This document shows, piece by piece, positions 27,683-41,474 of a DNA stretch of 64,000 nt. The notes under the pieces were generated by a model, which was given only the letters and a program-made list of their open reading frames with translations, was not told where the DNA came from and searched no databases. A program made the position numbers and the translations under genes. The stretch comes from the human T2T-CHM13v2.0 reference genome, Homo sapiens: NCBI RefSeq assembly GCF_009914755.1, contig NC_060928.1, one strand, 5' to 3'. Position 1 is the stretch's first letter. The number at the start of each line of letters is the position of its first letter.

Positions 27683-29451
27683 TTGTTAAAAGGATGAATA
27701 AATTGAAGCTCATATAATTATCAAGATAGGAAGTGGCCTCACAAGCTAATACATTAGCTTGCTATATTTTCATGGATGCTGGCAGAAGACATGAGACTTC
27801 TGGGTCAGAGACAAATAATTTTATACTTATGGCACAGCAAACAGTATAAGCTTCATGTTTGTACTAATTATCTTTGCTTCCCATGTCCCATCTAAACAAT
27901 ATGGAGATGGGCCCCATGTGTGTGTTGCACATGCACTGGGCTTGTAGAAACTTCAAGATTTGAGAAATCCGACCTTTCATAGTAGACCACAAGAAAATCT
28001 ACCAGACCTTTGCCCTGGAAAGAGGTATTATCTATTATACTGTGCACCAAACAAACTTTATCACTGCTTTAAATATATTTTATAACATCTATGAAAAGAT
28101 AGTCTACAGCAAAACCTGTCAGGGCTTTGGCAAGATGTGCAGAAGTACAAGAGACCAGTGGAGAACTGTCTCCCAATTATAATGATCCAGCTCAGTTTTA
28201 TACCCTATAGTATTTTCCTACTCATCCCTGTAAGTGTATCTGGCATTCTGAACTATTTAGACATTCCCACGTGCTTCATGCTACTTTATGTCTCTCAATG
28301 TCTTTGCTTTCTTTCCCTGAAAAATCTGTTGAGATCCCGTCTTATCTGGTGTCCCCCATATCTAATTAGTATGTATTTTTTCTTCTTTCAGAACCGAAGT
28401 GGAATATTAGTTCCTCATTAAAATCTCTCCTCAGTACCATTGGGAACAACGATCATCCCACATTGGTACCTGCATTGTTTCCTATCAAACGGATGTGTAC
28501 AAATTATGTGTACAAATACTTCTTACTGTCCAGTGGTTCTCTCTCACTGGATTTTGATATACTGAAGAGGTGCAATCTATGATGGAGAGTTGTATGCTAA
28601 TTGTTACTAGTAATTAAATACAGGATTTTTCCTCTGCTTTGTCATTTAAATTGGAAGAGCTTCAAAATCATCTTTATTTTAAAATGTCACCCTCATATAC
28701 TTGTATTTTCAAATGCTTTCTTAAATGAGAAAGAAAATGGTACAATAATAGTCACAAAGATTCAAAGTGCCTAGATTATATAAGACCCAACACTTCTCTG
28801 ATTTTTTTCTTATGTCATTAAAACAACTGTTTCATTGATATAAGAAGAACAGAAGAAAAGTTGTTTTTCTTATTTGCTAAATTATCTAAAATCTTGTTCA
28901 GTCTTGACTTGACATTGTACTATGCATATGACCCCAAGCTTGTTACTAAATAAGACTTTCATAGTATAGTATTAAGTTGGCACCAGATGGATTATTCTAC
29001 TCCAAATAATTTTCCTTAAATTTCAGATTACAAGAGTAATACGATGTCATACAAAGTGATGCTTTTTTTAAACAAATATCATTCATTCAAGAAAAAAAAA
29101 CAAAATAAAACATCTGTTTTTATAACTTTGTGTCAGAGCTTCTCTTAACTCAGTGTACGGTTAGAGTGAAGCAATGGCATTATATTTCATTGTTCACTGT
29201 GCTGACACCACTGCAATTTCTTTTGGGGTGAGTTAATAGCAGGTTTAAAGTTTTTACTCTCAGTTGCCTTCCTTTAATTCATTTCTTACAATGTTGCTAG
29301 AATTTTGAAAATGCTAGAATAATGAAAAGCTTCTCTTTTTTGCTAATTCTTTTCAGATAGCTATCTGGCTTTTCTAGATACAGTATATAATATTTATTCA
29401 CACTATTGGCTCATACCACCAAATGCAACCTTGAAGACCTCAAGAAGATTA

Positions 29452-29640
29452 AGACTTGGGGACTCGGGGGAAAGGGTGAGAGCAGGGTGAAGGATAAAAG
29501 ATTTACACATTGGTTCAGTGTATACTGCTCGGGTGATGGGTGCACCAAATTTCACAAATCACCACTAAAGAACTTATTCATGTAATCAAATATCATATGT
29601 TCCCCAAAAACCTATGGAAATAAAAAATTTAAAAAGAAAG
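29452..29640 (+). mobile_element. L1PB-type 3' end fragment
   Basis: ctgctcgggtgatgggtgcaccaaa...caccactaaagaacttattcatgtaa...ccccaaaaacctatggaaataaaa. Confidence 0.85.
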
Positions 29641-29934
29641 AAGGAATGGAGGTTCTTCCAAATTTTTCTGAATGATGAAATTAACAAGCACATAGCAAAT
29701 CATAAATACGTTGGATTAATTTTTAAAAAAGAAATTAAGACATCTTGTAAAATAAAAGAAATATGGCTATGGAACTCTGAAAGTTTAAAAGGAGACCCAG
29801 TATTATTTAATATAGTGCTTAGCCTAGAATCAGTTCACATGCTAACTTAGGGCATATCCTCTCATAAAAGCAAAAATAAGTAAGTAATACAAAATGAAAT
29901 ACAGTCTTATATTCTTCTTTAAAAATTATTATCC

Positions 29935-30095
29935 TTGGGAGAGTGGCAGAGGGGCACGGGTTAAAAAACTACAGATTAGGTACTATGCTTACTACCTGGG
30001 TGAAAGGATCATTTATACACCAATCTTTAGCAACACGCAATTTACCCATGTGAAAAACCTAAACATGTACCCCTGAACCTAAAATAAAAGTTGAG
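29935..30095 (+). mobile_element. Old L1PA (PA15/16-like) 3' end fragment
   Basis: gtactatgcttactacctgggtga...catgtaccccctgaacctaaaataaaagttg. Confidence 0.8.
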
Positions 30096-30319
30096 AGGGA
30101 AACTCACACACTTCCCCACATCCCCAACAAATTGTTATTCTCATTTACGGTTAGAATGAAAGTGTAATATACACCTTAGTATCAGTCTCCAAATTATTTA
30201 GGGGGATAGGGTATAAGATATGTGTTCCTTTAGTTCAGAAGATCATATCACTTATTCTGAATTTCAGAGGTAACATCATCCTTAGGACAGAGCTGATGTT
30301 CAATATACCATCAGTTAGG

Positions 30320-30790
30320 AGGCAAGAAAACAAAGTGGTTAAGACTTCAGACTTAAATGAAAATTCCAACCTACCAGTTGTGTGACCTTGGATAAATTTT
30401 GTAACTCTTCTGAGTTTCAATATTTATATCTATAAAATAGGGATAATAACGCATCCTTATTATAACCTAGTCATATGCATTATAGCAACTTATATCTTTT
30501 GAGTTTTGCCTACCTTCCTATGTGCCAAGAGTATTAGGGATACTAAGCATTTTTTATATATCATCTTATTTAACTCTCAGAGAAACACCATCAAGTGTGT
30601 GTTAGAAATGAGGAAACTGAGACCCAGAAAGGTTATAATGTGCTTAAAGTCACATAGGTGGAAAGAAGCAAAAACCTAAATAAAAACCTACTTGTGTCTG
30701 AGTTCAAAATCTGCCCATTTATCCAAGTTATGGGACAAAACATAAGAATGCATATCAAATTTTTCAGCACAAAGTCATAGAGTAAGTGCT
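30320..30790. mobile_element. Two nested, opposed MIRs
   Basis: + core (tgtgaccttggataa...ataaaatagggataata) and - core (aatgaggaaactgagacccagaaagg). Confidence 0.65.
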
Positions 30791-31574
30791 ATGCTGGATG
30801 TCCCTAGAGCAAGTTCCTAAACTCAGAATTTTCTGGAGGTGGCAGGATAAAGGAGGATGCAGGAGGAAACACTCACAACTTGTTCTTCCTCTTTAGTGAT
30901 TCATATCATGAGTCACTCCCAGATAGTTTTAGGACAGAGAGCCACCAAAACAACTAACAAGCATGAGCATGTGTAGAGGAAAGAAGAAAATAGACTTTAC
31001 CAAAGACAAAACCTGGCAAAGTGAAACATTTTCCTGGGGGAGTCAGTCAACAGTAACAAAAAAAAAAAAAAAAAAAAAAAAGAAAGAAGAAAAGCGGGGG
31101 CACTAAACTTCTTCCTAACCTTAATTATTTTGTTGGTCTTACTCAGAATAGAATGTAATTGTCAGGAAGAATAAACCTCATGAATTTGCTGCAAATTCAG
31201 GTAAACTATGCATGGCTTCCCACTTGCTAATCACTCAACTTGTCCTTGCTTCATTTTGGCATTGCTAAAACCTAGTCTGCTTTCTCCATTTATGGATCTA
31301 AACCACAGATAGCAAAATTTGGGGTCATATCTAAACCCCAAGTTATGTATTCCTATATTCCTATATCAAAGTTTTGTCTTCCTGCAAAGTTTGTTTTTCT
31401 TAGCTCACTCAGTGGCACATTTAGCTCTTTTACAAATATTTCCCCACTCAGAGTCCCAATGAATACAAATTCATCCTAATGATGTAAGAGCTGGGAATGT
31501 GTTAAGCATAATTTCTTGCCAATGAGCAAGAACTGACAGATGTGTAATTGCCATGTGGAGTTAGGCATTACAAG

Positions 31575-31948
31575 ATGTGTTTGTTTGCCAGGGCTACCAT
31601 AACAAAGTACCACAGACTATGTGGTTTAAACAACAGATATTTATTTTCTCACAGTTCTGTAGGCTGGAAGTCCAAAATGAAGGTGTCTGCAGGGTTGTTT
31701 CTTGTACGGCCTCTCTCCTTAGCTTGCAGACAGCTATCTTCTCCCTGTGCCTTCACAGGTTCTTCCCTCTGTCTCTGCCTCTGTCCTAATTTCCTCTTCT
31801 TACAAGAACACCAGTCATATTTGATTAGGGCCACTCTAATGACCTTCATTTAACATAATTACCTTTCTAAAGGCCTTATCTTCAAATACGGTCACCTTCT
31901 GAGGTATGGGGGGGTTAGGACTTCGTGGATACAATCTAGCCCATAAAA
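31575..31948 (-). mobile_element. MLT1B/C LTR
   Basis: agggctaccataacaaagtaccacagact...ggctggaagtccaa...tgattagggccactctaatgacc. Confidence 0.85.
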
Positions 31949-34900
31949 CAAAGCATAGATATGCTGCATCTGGGCCCTGATTTGAGAACCAGTGCCAAAG
32001 ACAGATTGACTAGTTCCCTTCCTTCTCTTCCTCTGGACTCCCTTCCATCTAGTATTTAAGCCAACCTTCAAGTGGTCACCAGGGAGGCAGCGAGATAACA
32101 GGGAAACATACTGGACTGCTTTCCTAAGCTGCTTTCCTTGGCCTGGGAGCTCCTCATTGTTCAAGTGCTCATGAATGAATATTATGATTTACTCATACTA
32201 GTAATTTGCTTTATTCATTATTTTTTGGCATGGATAAAATTTTAAAAAGGTCTGTTGAGTCAATTACGCATCTAGAGACAGGAAAAAACTGGCAAACTTA
32301 GTGCAGGGCTCAGTGAAACAATCTATATTGAACCAGCAGACACAAATGACTTCTCTGAAAATATCCAAGGGATTAAAATGGAAGAGGAAAACTGAAAACC
32401 CTATCTCTGTTTTCATGGTGCTTTCTTCCAACCCACAGCCATCCCCACTAGCCTAATGGGAACACACAGCTCCATGTGGTTGTAACAGTTGGTTCTTGTT
32501 GCAGAGAGAGGAAGATTTGGGCAAGCATCCTTCCTCATCTCAACCCACACTTACTAATTCATTGAGGACCCAGATGTCTGGGAGGCAAAATTCAAATTTG
32601 CATCCCTTTTGGTCACCAACTCTGATGGTAGAAACATGCCATTTCCCATGCATCATCTGCACTAGCAGCAGGAGGAGTCTTTCTGGTTTTACAAGCACTG
32701 TTTTTCCTGGAGAATACATACGTCTGTGTTTCTGTGTTATATTTACCTTTCTTAACACTTTCCAGTGCTTAGATAAAATAACTTGGATTCTTTTTAGTGG
32801 CTTTAAAAAAAGTCTGTCCTGAGGCCAGAGGGATGGGTGCATTGTGTGAATTCAACAATAAATAAAGAGATTTAGCAAAGAGGAAAATGATATGTTGTTC
32901 TTTGGAAGTGCTCCTAGGGGCTCAGCTTAAGGCACGTTTTACAAATCAGTGATCTTGGAAGTCATTCAGTTAAAATAAATTAAAATCTCTAGTGAGTGTG
33001 GGCAAAGCTGTTCTCCCGTTCCTTGTCAGAGGCAACATCCAGAAAGAGAACTGGGCTCCTTTTGGACTTACTCTAGAGCTATTTTGACAGATTTTGCTTT
33101 TATTCTTTGTACAGTCATTGTTTGTGCCTTAATTATTTTTTTACCGCTGAGGCTTGTTATTTCTTTCTGTAGCACAGAAAGCAAATTTGCAGAGAAAATG
33201 GCTCATTAATCACATTGATCCTAAGTCATTAGCAAGTGTTAAATACATAACAACAAAACCCTTTAAATGTACTCTATTAACTAATCATAAAACCTCTGCA
33301 ACACTTTCTCTGACCATTTGAAAATTGCTTTGTTTCTGTCATTATACAGATGTCTTATATTGCATTTGTAAAATAATTTGAACTCTGGATCAGAGCTACC
33401 TCCACTGAAATAAATGATTTTTCTTTCTCCTGTGGGCTATTCAGTCTCATGATTTCCTTTTGTCTCTGGTTGTTAATATCATAGAGGTTACAGACAGCTA
33501 TTCCCTGATAAAAACAAATTTTAATTTACTAGCAGAGGTTTCACTCTACTGGGAAAATTTTATTAATCACTTAAAATCCAGCAGTTCTGTCTTTGAAAAT
33601 CTCAAATTGGTAGTATTAAAATGCATATTAAACTCACTGCCTTCTTCTATGTTAACTTTCTTAGAAAATTCCAATTTAGTAATCATTTCTGTCAAAAATA
33701 AAGGTACAGCTGAACATTACAAGTGGAAGTAGCTTTGAGTCTATAAATACACATACAAATACATACAAGTAAAATACTGTGAGAACCAGGAATGATGAAA
33801 ACAAAATTATTTTCTTCATGAAAACTATACTTTGAATAGTTTGCGTTTTGTTTATCTTGCCCATGTGAAATGCCTACAAGTGCACTGAATTACTTACTTT
33901 TGATATAAATCCAAATAAAAAACTATTGGATATGATATTATTGTTTCTATGTGTATCTCATTAAAATCTACAATTTGTTGATTAATTTAATATTTCATCT
34001 GTTTTTCTTGTCTCCTTATTTTTTATCTTTTTTTCCTACCTTTTCTTCTGCTTATTCTTCTTTCCCTCTGTGCCGTTTTTTTCATGTTTTCTTTCTTAAA
34101 TTACCTTCTTTTGAATTTCCCTCTTTTTTTCTTTGTTTTTCCTATGGCACTTCCTTCTTTGAATTACTTTTCTCAACAGCTTTCTTTTTCTCCAGTGTGT
34201 TCTACATTCTACTGATTTTCCCTTTCACTGACGTGTTCCGGCTTTTCATCCCATAATATAAAATGATGTCATAGTTTTCATTGCTCTTGTCTCATTGTAA
34301 TGCTTTATTATTTCCCCTGTGTCTCTCTCTTGGCCCTTAAGTGATGATTTTTATTCTGGGTTTTATGTTTCATTGCCTCAAAATGTAAAATTCTAATAAG
34401 CAGGAGTAGCATAGCATCATTAGTAAAGTCTGTAAAATGTTCAGAACAGAGAATACAATTTGAAGACTTCATCAAGGGAACTCCCAACCACTGCTAATCA
34501 GAGCAAAAGATACATTTACCAGAAATATTTATTTCTAGGCTTCATTTTAGAATACACATTCAGTTAAGCACCTTGGGACAGGAGCTTCTAAAATTCTTTT
34601 ATTTTTTGACTTCTCTTTTCTCTGCTCCATGAACCGTGTAATAACAAAACAAAAAAAACATAGGCTAGCCCCTTACCTCTCAGGTACCAACTTTTCTGCA
34701 AAACCAGTAAGCTAGTTGTATAAAAGAGGAAGGAAGAGAGGGAGGGAGACAGGGAAGGAGGGATAGATGGAAATCAGTGCCTGTGAGGTAATGAAGAATT
34801 AAACTCTTTTCAAGATTAAAAGGTTTATATCCAGAGACTTCTGAATTAGGGAAATAAATCCTTTTCTTATGAATGCGCACAGTTATAAAATGTCAGTACT

Positions 34901-36190
34901 AGGTATATTGTGGCCAGTAGAAATCCGATGAGGTCAAAAGAATGGAATTTGCAGGAAGGAAGGCTAAGCCTGTGTCCACAATCTCTCTGAATAACACCTT
35001 AGTCTTAAACACTGTAATGACTGTGACCATGCTAGATTAAAAGCAGTAGAAGCCACCAAAAGAGGCCCAGGAATTATTCATATTGGACTATAAATAGTAT
35101 CTAAACACACCTCTAGGGAAATATAGCCATGGCACTTTGCCTAAATTGAGAAAGTTATGATAAGTCATGTGCTTGTAACATTGAGAATTATGAACATGCC
35201 TGGAAGATGATTATTCTGTTTGTAAGAGGAGTTATGTGGAATTTTTCCTTACTACCGAAATTTCAGGGACGTGACCAAATGTGATGATAAAAGGCTCTAA
35301 ATATGCCCACAGTCTAAGCACTGAAAGCTTTTCTGGGAAGCACTGGAAGTGGACAAACACTTCCTCTTCACCTGACTCATTTGGTTAACCTAAAAATAGA
35401 ACTGCAATGGAGATGTTTAGGTCTTGGAGAAATAGAGCATCATGAAGTTAGACTATTCTCTTTCCATTCTTTTCCCTAAAGCAAAAGTATGTGATGAATT
35501 GTTGAAGAGAATCACTCGTAAACACTTGGGATACTGTCAAGGAGGAGAGATCAAGAACACTTCCTTTGGCAGAATATTGAGCTATGGAAACCAAACTCCC
35601 CTTGTGCCTCCATTAAAATAGAAAACTAGGAGAACTTTATTTGAAAGGTGATATGAGAGCCTAGGGGAGAAGTTTGGAGGAATACTTAGGTATAAAGACT
35701 TATACAATTTTTAATCAAAATTTCTAAATGCAGGAAGTCTGCTTTATCCTGTTGGAGTTACCAAAAATAGCAGGACAAACACCATTCATAGAAGTTGTAC
35801 AATGCAGAAGAAGGAATCAGTGGTTTATGTGGATTCACAGGAAGGAGCACATGGGTCAGCAGAAGGATGGAAGCCATGGTCATGGTACTATCCATCTGTG
35901 AGAGCAGACCATGACAGTATAAGGGAGAGACTATGTGTAGGATGATGGAACTAGTCAAGGAAGCCTAGGGAAAGCTGCCATTTTAAAGGTGGGAAAAGGA
36001 AGAGGAGCCGAGAGAAGTGATCTGTGTGGTAGATAAAATGTAAGGTACTATATCAATGCTTGTAAAACAATTATTACCATATTTTGGACATATGTTACAT
36101 AATCTGGATTTGGATTTCATAGTTCTCTAGTGTAACAGTTCATTATTGGATACAAGACCAATGTTAACAATTATTAAAATGAAAAAACTT

Positions 36191-36335
36191 GGCCGGGTGT
36201 GGTTGCTCATGCCTGTAACCCCACTTTGGGAGGCTGAGGCAGGAGGATCACTTGAGCACAGGAGTTCAAGACTGGCCTGGGCAACATAGTAAGACCACAT
36301 CTCTGTTTTTCTAAAAACATGTAAAAAAATTAAAA
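36191..36335 (+). mobile_element. FLAM_C / free left Alu monomer
   Basis: ggccgggtgtggttgctcatgcctgtaa...ggaggatcacttgagcacaggagttcaagac; monomer only. Confidence 0.85.
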
Positions 36336-37333
36336 ATAGTCACCTTTCCAGTGAAAAAATAAAGACAAAACATACAATTAAAAAGAATAGAGTGTCCTCT
36401 AAAATGAGAATAGATCATCTCAAAATGACATAAAATTATATAATATCAAGAATTAATTAAAATAAATATCAGAAACTTCAACACTGAAAGATACAAAATA
36501 TGAAAAATCTCGTTTTTCTAAAAAGAAATTAAAGTTCTTCTTGATTAAAGTGCATCTTCTTATTTCTGTCTTATATGTAATATGAAAGCAAAGACTTAGG
36601 AATATTTGCATGAAAGATAAAACTCTTAAAAAATAGAAAATCTAAGAATCCTGAGGAACAGCGTAAAGAATGCTTGTGCTTATCAGCTTTATGTAATTGA
36701 AGATTTTTCTTTTACTCAAATATCTTTTTAAATTCCTATTTGCTGACCAGAAGCATTTGGAATTTCCTTGATATTTCATGACATAATTGAGATTTTTAGC
36801 AAGATTTTGTGTATCAAAGCTCCCAGTAGGAGCCTTTTCTTCTATTTTTCATACTGCTAAATAGGACTAATGTTGAAGATTTTTAAATGGAAAGGATAAT
36901 TTTGCCTTGCTTGATGAATCTTGGTAACTTAGAATGTGCATATGATTCAATAAAAGGAAAGTAAAATGGAAACAATTTAGGGAAAATACATTACTAAAGA
37001 GATTATTTAACATTGTACTTCAAAAAATTTATTGTTTGGCTGACTTTTTTACATTTTAACCATGACTGTAATTTTAAAATTGCATAGATGCAACCAATTC
37101 TGTCATGCCAGCCGGCACCAGAACCAGTATCCATTTCAATTGCTGAAGGCTGTAATGGTTGTTTGCTAACACCCCTGAACACAATTTTGGTTATTTTTAT
37201 AAAATTTATCCTTTGTACATTCACAGTCTAGAAATGTTACTCTAAAAATTAAAATCTATCAGTTATAGCAGAAATGAGGAAATAGTACCACCAGCTTTAG
37301 AGATTTTAGTTAAAAAAAATGAAAGAATAAAAG

Positions 37334-37509
37334 ATAACTAGGTGCAATGCTGATTTCCATGAGTAGTCATTCAAAGGAATGTTTTCTTATTTTGTACATG
37401 CAAAATAAAGTCTAATAATCCATAACTAGGTGCAATGCTGATTTCCATGAGTAGTCATTCAAAGGAATGTTTTCTTATTTTGTACATGCAAAATAAAGTC
37501 TAATAATCC
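37334..37509. repeat. Perfect 88-bp tandem duplication
   Basis: 37334-37421 is identical to 37422-37509. Confidence 0.97.
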
Positions 37510-38399
37510 TTGTATCAACAAGGTTATATAAAACCAAGCATGTGATGATAAATAGGATTTCATTTAACATTACTCAGACCCAAGAAAGTTGACAGGGCAC
37601 ATGATGTGGAAGGAAAGAGTTATTGACTCTGAGAGGCAGAGCACAGAAAAAGACAGATTAAAATAAAATTAGAGAGTACTAGTGACATATAATTGTCTAC
37701 ACTTAGTGTATTTGTGCATAAACACTGAAGTTAAAATGAAATCGCTATCTAAAATGAGTGATACTATTAAAACAACACTGAATATATTGCTGAATTTTAT
37801 ATGTATACATATTTGATATATACATTCATTACATAGTTGCAACTACAACTGAAAATGAGAATACAATTTTACAAAATATAGGTCATTCAAATATTATACA
37901 TTACAAATACCATTTATTAGTGCATTAAGACATATGTACATAGGAGTACGTCTTGGAAATCATACTTTTATCAATGATTTCTTTTCCAATGCCTTGTGAC
38001 TGCGTAGACTGAGCAGAATGGTTAGGACAGAGATAATGCTATTCCAAGAGATCGTTGTCTCTTGGAATAGCCAGTTAAACAAGCCTTCTATTTCTTTGAA
38101 ATTAAGTACATGGAATTATGCTTTGGACTCTGGAACGTCTAAGAAAAATACAAAGTAAACACCTCCCCTCTCCACCTCTTTGTAGATAAAATGGACAAAA
38201 TTAAATTATCATGTCAGTAACTAATTATGTGAATGTATTATTTATTCATTTGCATATCAGGCAAGAGAGCATAAAGCCTTACTCACATAGATACTGCCAA
38301 AATATTGAAAAAATGACTGCTGAACCAGAAAGAATATTACTTATGGCCTGGGGGGAAAGCATGGGAAATGGAAACCTGTATGCCAAAGAGTTACTATGC

Positions 38400-38960
38400 T
38401 AAAGGTAAATTTTAATTAATGAAGGACATGCAAATTAAAATGCTATAGAATGTATTTACCATCAACTTATACACAAAATTCAAAGATTAGCAACATCATA
38501 TATGGAGCGGTAAGGAAACAGGTACTGTTAAGTACAACTATACTCTCCATTGAATTTAATTAAGTGTGATATATTAAAAGTGTAGTCACGTATACTCTAT
38601 TTATAAAATATCCCACCTCTAAGAAACTATCCCTAAGAAATAAAATTTGAGAATATTGTTATACAGATTCAAGGACATTTCTATCAGTATTATATACAAC
38701 AGCAAACACTGGAAGCAAGCTAAATGTCCATCAGTAAATTATGACATACCACAAATTATAGAACATGGTGCAGTCATAAGGTCAGCTAGTTCTTTGTTTA
38801 CTGATGTACAGCAATTTTGTTTTAAATTGCTAAAAGAAAAAAGCAAGTTACAAACTAATGTATATATGTGATTTCAATTTAATAAAAATAAAATATAAGC
38901 ATATATGTACTATTAGGAACCTATAGAGATTTAAATAAATGTATGAAAAGTTTGGAAGCA
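38400..38960 (+). mobile_element. Degenerate L1ME 3' fragment
   Basis: agcaaacactggaagcaagctaaatgtccatcagta...aaaaaagcaagttacaaac. Confidence 0.55.
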
Positions 38961-41115
38961 TGCACACATTGTGGGTACTCAATAAGTGTGTATTGGACTT
39001 GATGTTTAAATTCACTTGCCCTTAGGTTTTTTTTCCAAATGCAAGCTAATTCTGATATTGTGAGCTAAGTTTGTTAGTAGTCATGATGAATAAATATTGC
39101 TTTACTTTTATTTTTTATTTCTTCTGAATGATACGCATTTGTTATTTCATCGTTCAGTTCAACTTAACTTTAATTATAACAAATATAACTTTATACACGC
39201 ACACAGTGTAGTTTTGGGCCTGTTAGAAATATTACATACCAGGAGAGGAATGAGACAAATACACAAATAACTATTAATGTAAACCATTATAAATCTGTAA
39301 TTACAGAGGTACAAGTCAAGTTCTGTGGGAATTCACATGAGGACAGATTAGGTCCTGCTTTGTCAATTAGGAGGTGCCATTAGGGATTATTTTGAAGGAA
39401 TAGTACCTCTTTTTGGGTGAAGAAGGAAATTCCAGGCAAAATAGTGTAAAGCAAGGCTACAGATAAAAAATTTTGGCATTTTTGTAAAATAATAACCTGT
39501 TTGGCTAGAGAATAGGTATATAAAATTGAAAAGTGTTGGAACTGAGAAAAGCACAGGACTACATTGTGGTATGTAGATGTTATGTCTTGCCAGAGGACAA
39601 TGCTAATGAGGAGACAAAAGGAAAGCCACTGAAGCAGGTATATTGGGAGAAGAACATGCGCTGTCTTCATGCTGAGGCTATCCAAGTGACCATTCAACAC
39701 TGATCGATTGTCGATCTCAAAACTAGGAAAATGTCAGCTTTATGAATCTCCTAGACTAATGGCAGTATTATATGCCCATGCAGAAAAATTAACAGATAAA
39801 GCCGATAATGTACAGATGAACACTCTATTTGTGACTATTTGGACTTTAGGTTCTCCAAAGTGTGCAAAGTTGGAAGATTTTCTCAAAAAGGCAAGCAGTT
39901 TTACCTTTTTGTGATAAATGTCCTCAGAGATACTTTTTGACAAAATTATTAACAACTCCTTAGAGATGAAAATGATCATACTGTAGAAATATAAGTAAAT
40001 TATGTGAATTTCTGAAATAGAGTAGCATATAATTTGGGTTAAATTATTCAAAGAAAACAATAAAGATATTGAAATAAATTTGCAGTAAGTTTACTTATTT
40101 TTAGTACATAATAATTGCTCTACATTTTGCCCCCAAGATTAAGGAAGTCTCAGGTATGTCTTTTGTTCTGACAAAGCTTCAAATTAAGTATTTTTTAATA
40201 AGTCACTGAATGAGTGAATGGAAGATTCGCTTATTCAAGCCAGAGACATCAGTTTTAAGAGTCCCCTTATTTTCTATTTGTGATAACATCAAGTAATGAT
40301 CAAATATTACCTACTGTTTTTTCAGACCTCTGACAACGAGTTTTATTTAAAACAATTACAATATAATTATACAATAGCCCTAGTGGACTATCCACATACA
40401 AGGTTAGAGGACATGCTCTAGTCACTGCTCTCTCCTTTTCAGTGACTTACTTTCTCCTTTTATTTCCAAAATTAACAATATAGTGTCTAGTTACATCTTT
40501 TTCTTTATCACTTATTGCACAAAGAAGTGTGGGAACCTTCTATTTGCTAACAGAGTTATTGCAGAGTTGCAAGCGAACAAAATTTTCTCTTGACAGTGAA
40601 AGATGGGAACACTGAGGAAACGTTATGCTTTCTTTGGTACTCTTTCCCTCTGTTGTAAATTATATAAACGATTTCTTGGAAATAAAATGGCCCAGGTTTT
40701 ACAGGAACTTAGACTCACGAACAGTGTGCTGAGTCCATGCGCTCATAGTTGAAGGAAACACTGTCTCATGGCAAATATCCAAAAAGGAATCTCAGCGTGC
40801 ACAGGCTGGATTTTTTGAGGACCCTCTGGCACAATGATCCAAGCTATAAATATGCTCTGAAATGAAACAAGGGCAATGCAAAATAAGATTGTACTCAATT
40901 TTAAGAAGATAGGTTAACTGAGGAAGCTATTAAATCTTTACTGGGTAGACTGGGGATTAAGAAGACTGAAAAACTGAAAAATGGCTGAGGACAAGCTCTC
41001 TCATTGGTTGTTTTGTTTGTTTTTGTTTTTGTTTTTGTTTTTCCTTGAGTAATGCAGACCTAGATGACTATCACTGAGCCCAAGTGACAGCCACTCATTT
41101 TATGGACACACTGTA

Positions 41116-41474
41116 TGTATTAGTCCGTTTTCACGCTGCTGATAAAGACATACCTGAGACTGGCTAATTTATAAAGAAAAAGAGGTTTAATAGACTCACA
41201 GTTTCACGTGGCTGGGGAGGCTTCACAATCATGGCAGAAGGCAAAAGGCACATCTTACATGGCAGCAGACAAGAGAATGAGAGCCAAGCAGAAGGGGAAA
41301 ACCCTTATAAAATCGTCAGATCCTGTGAGACTTATTCACTACCACGAGAAGAGTATGGGGGAAATCACTGCCATGATTCAATTATCTCCATTGGGTCCCT
41401 CCCACAACATGTGGGAATTATGAAAGCTGCAATTCAAGATGAGATTTGGGTGAGAACACCACCAAAGCATATCA
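41116..41474 (-). mobile_element. THE1B solo LTR
   Basis: tgtattagtccgttttcacgctgctgataaagacatacc...gatgagatttgggtg...atatca; TSD ctgta/ctata. Confidence 0.93.

Larger units (their letters stand above)
23700..27700 (+). mobile_element. Fragmented L2 LINE with nested MLT1A, L1M and Alu
   Basis: L2 motifs (ttcactgaaaaaataaaagcaatcagaag; tctagttactcaggccaaa; atgtcactcttctgct; atatttgtt...gatgaataaa tail). Confidence 0.65.

Noticed and set aside
33940-34380. 101-aa Phe/Ser-rich ORF in a pyrimidine tract
   Set aside because: Low-complexity T/C-rich sequence with no coding signature.
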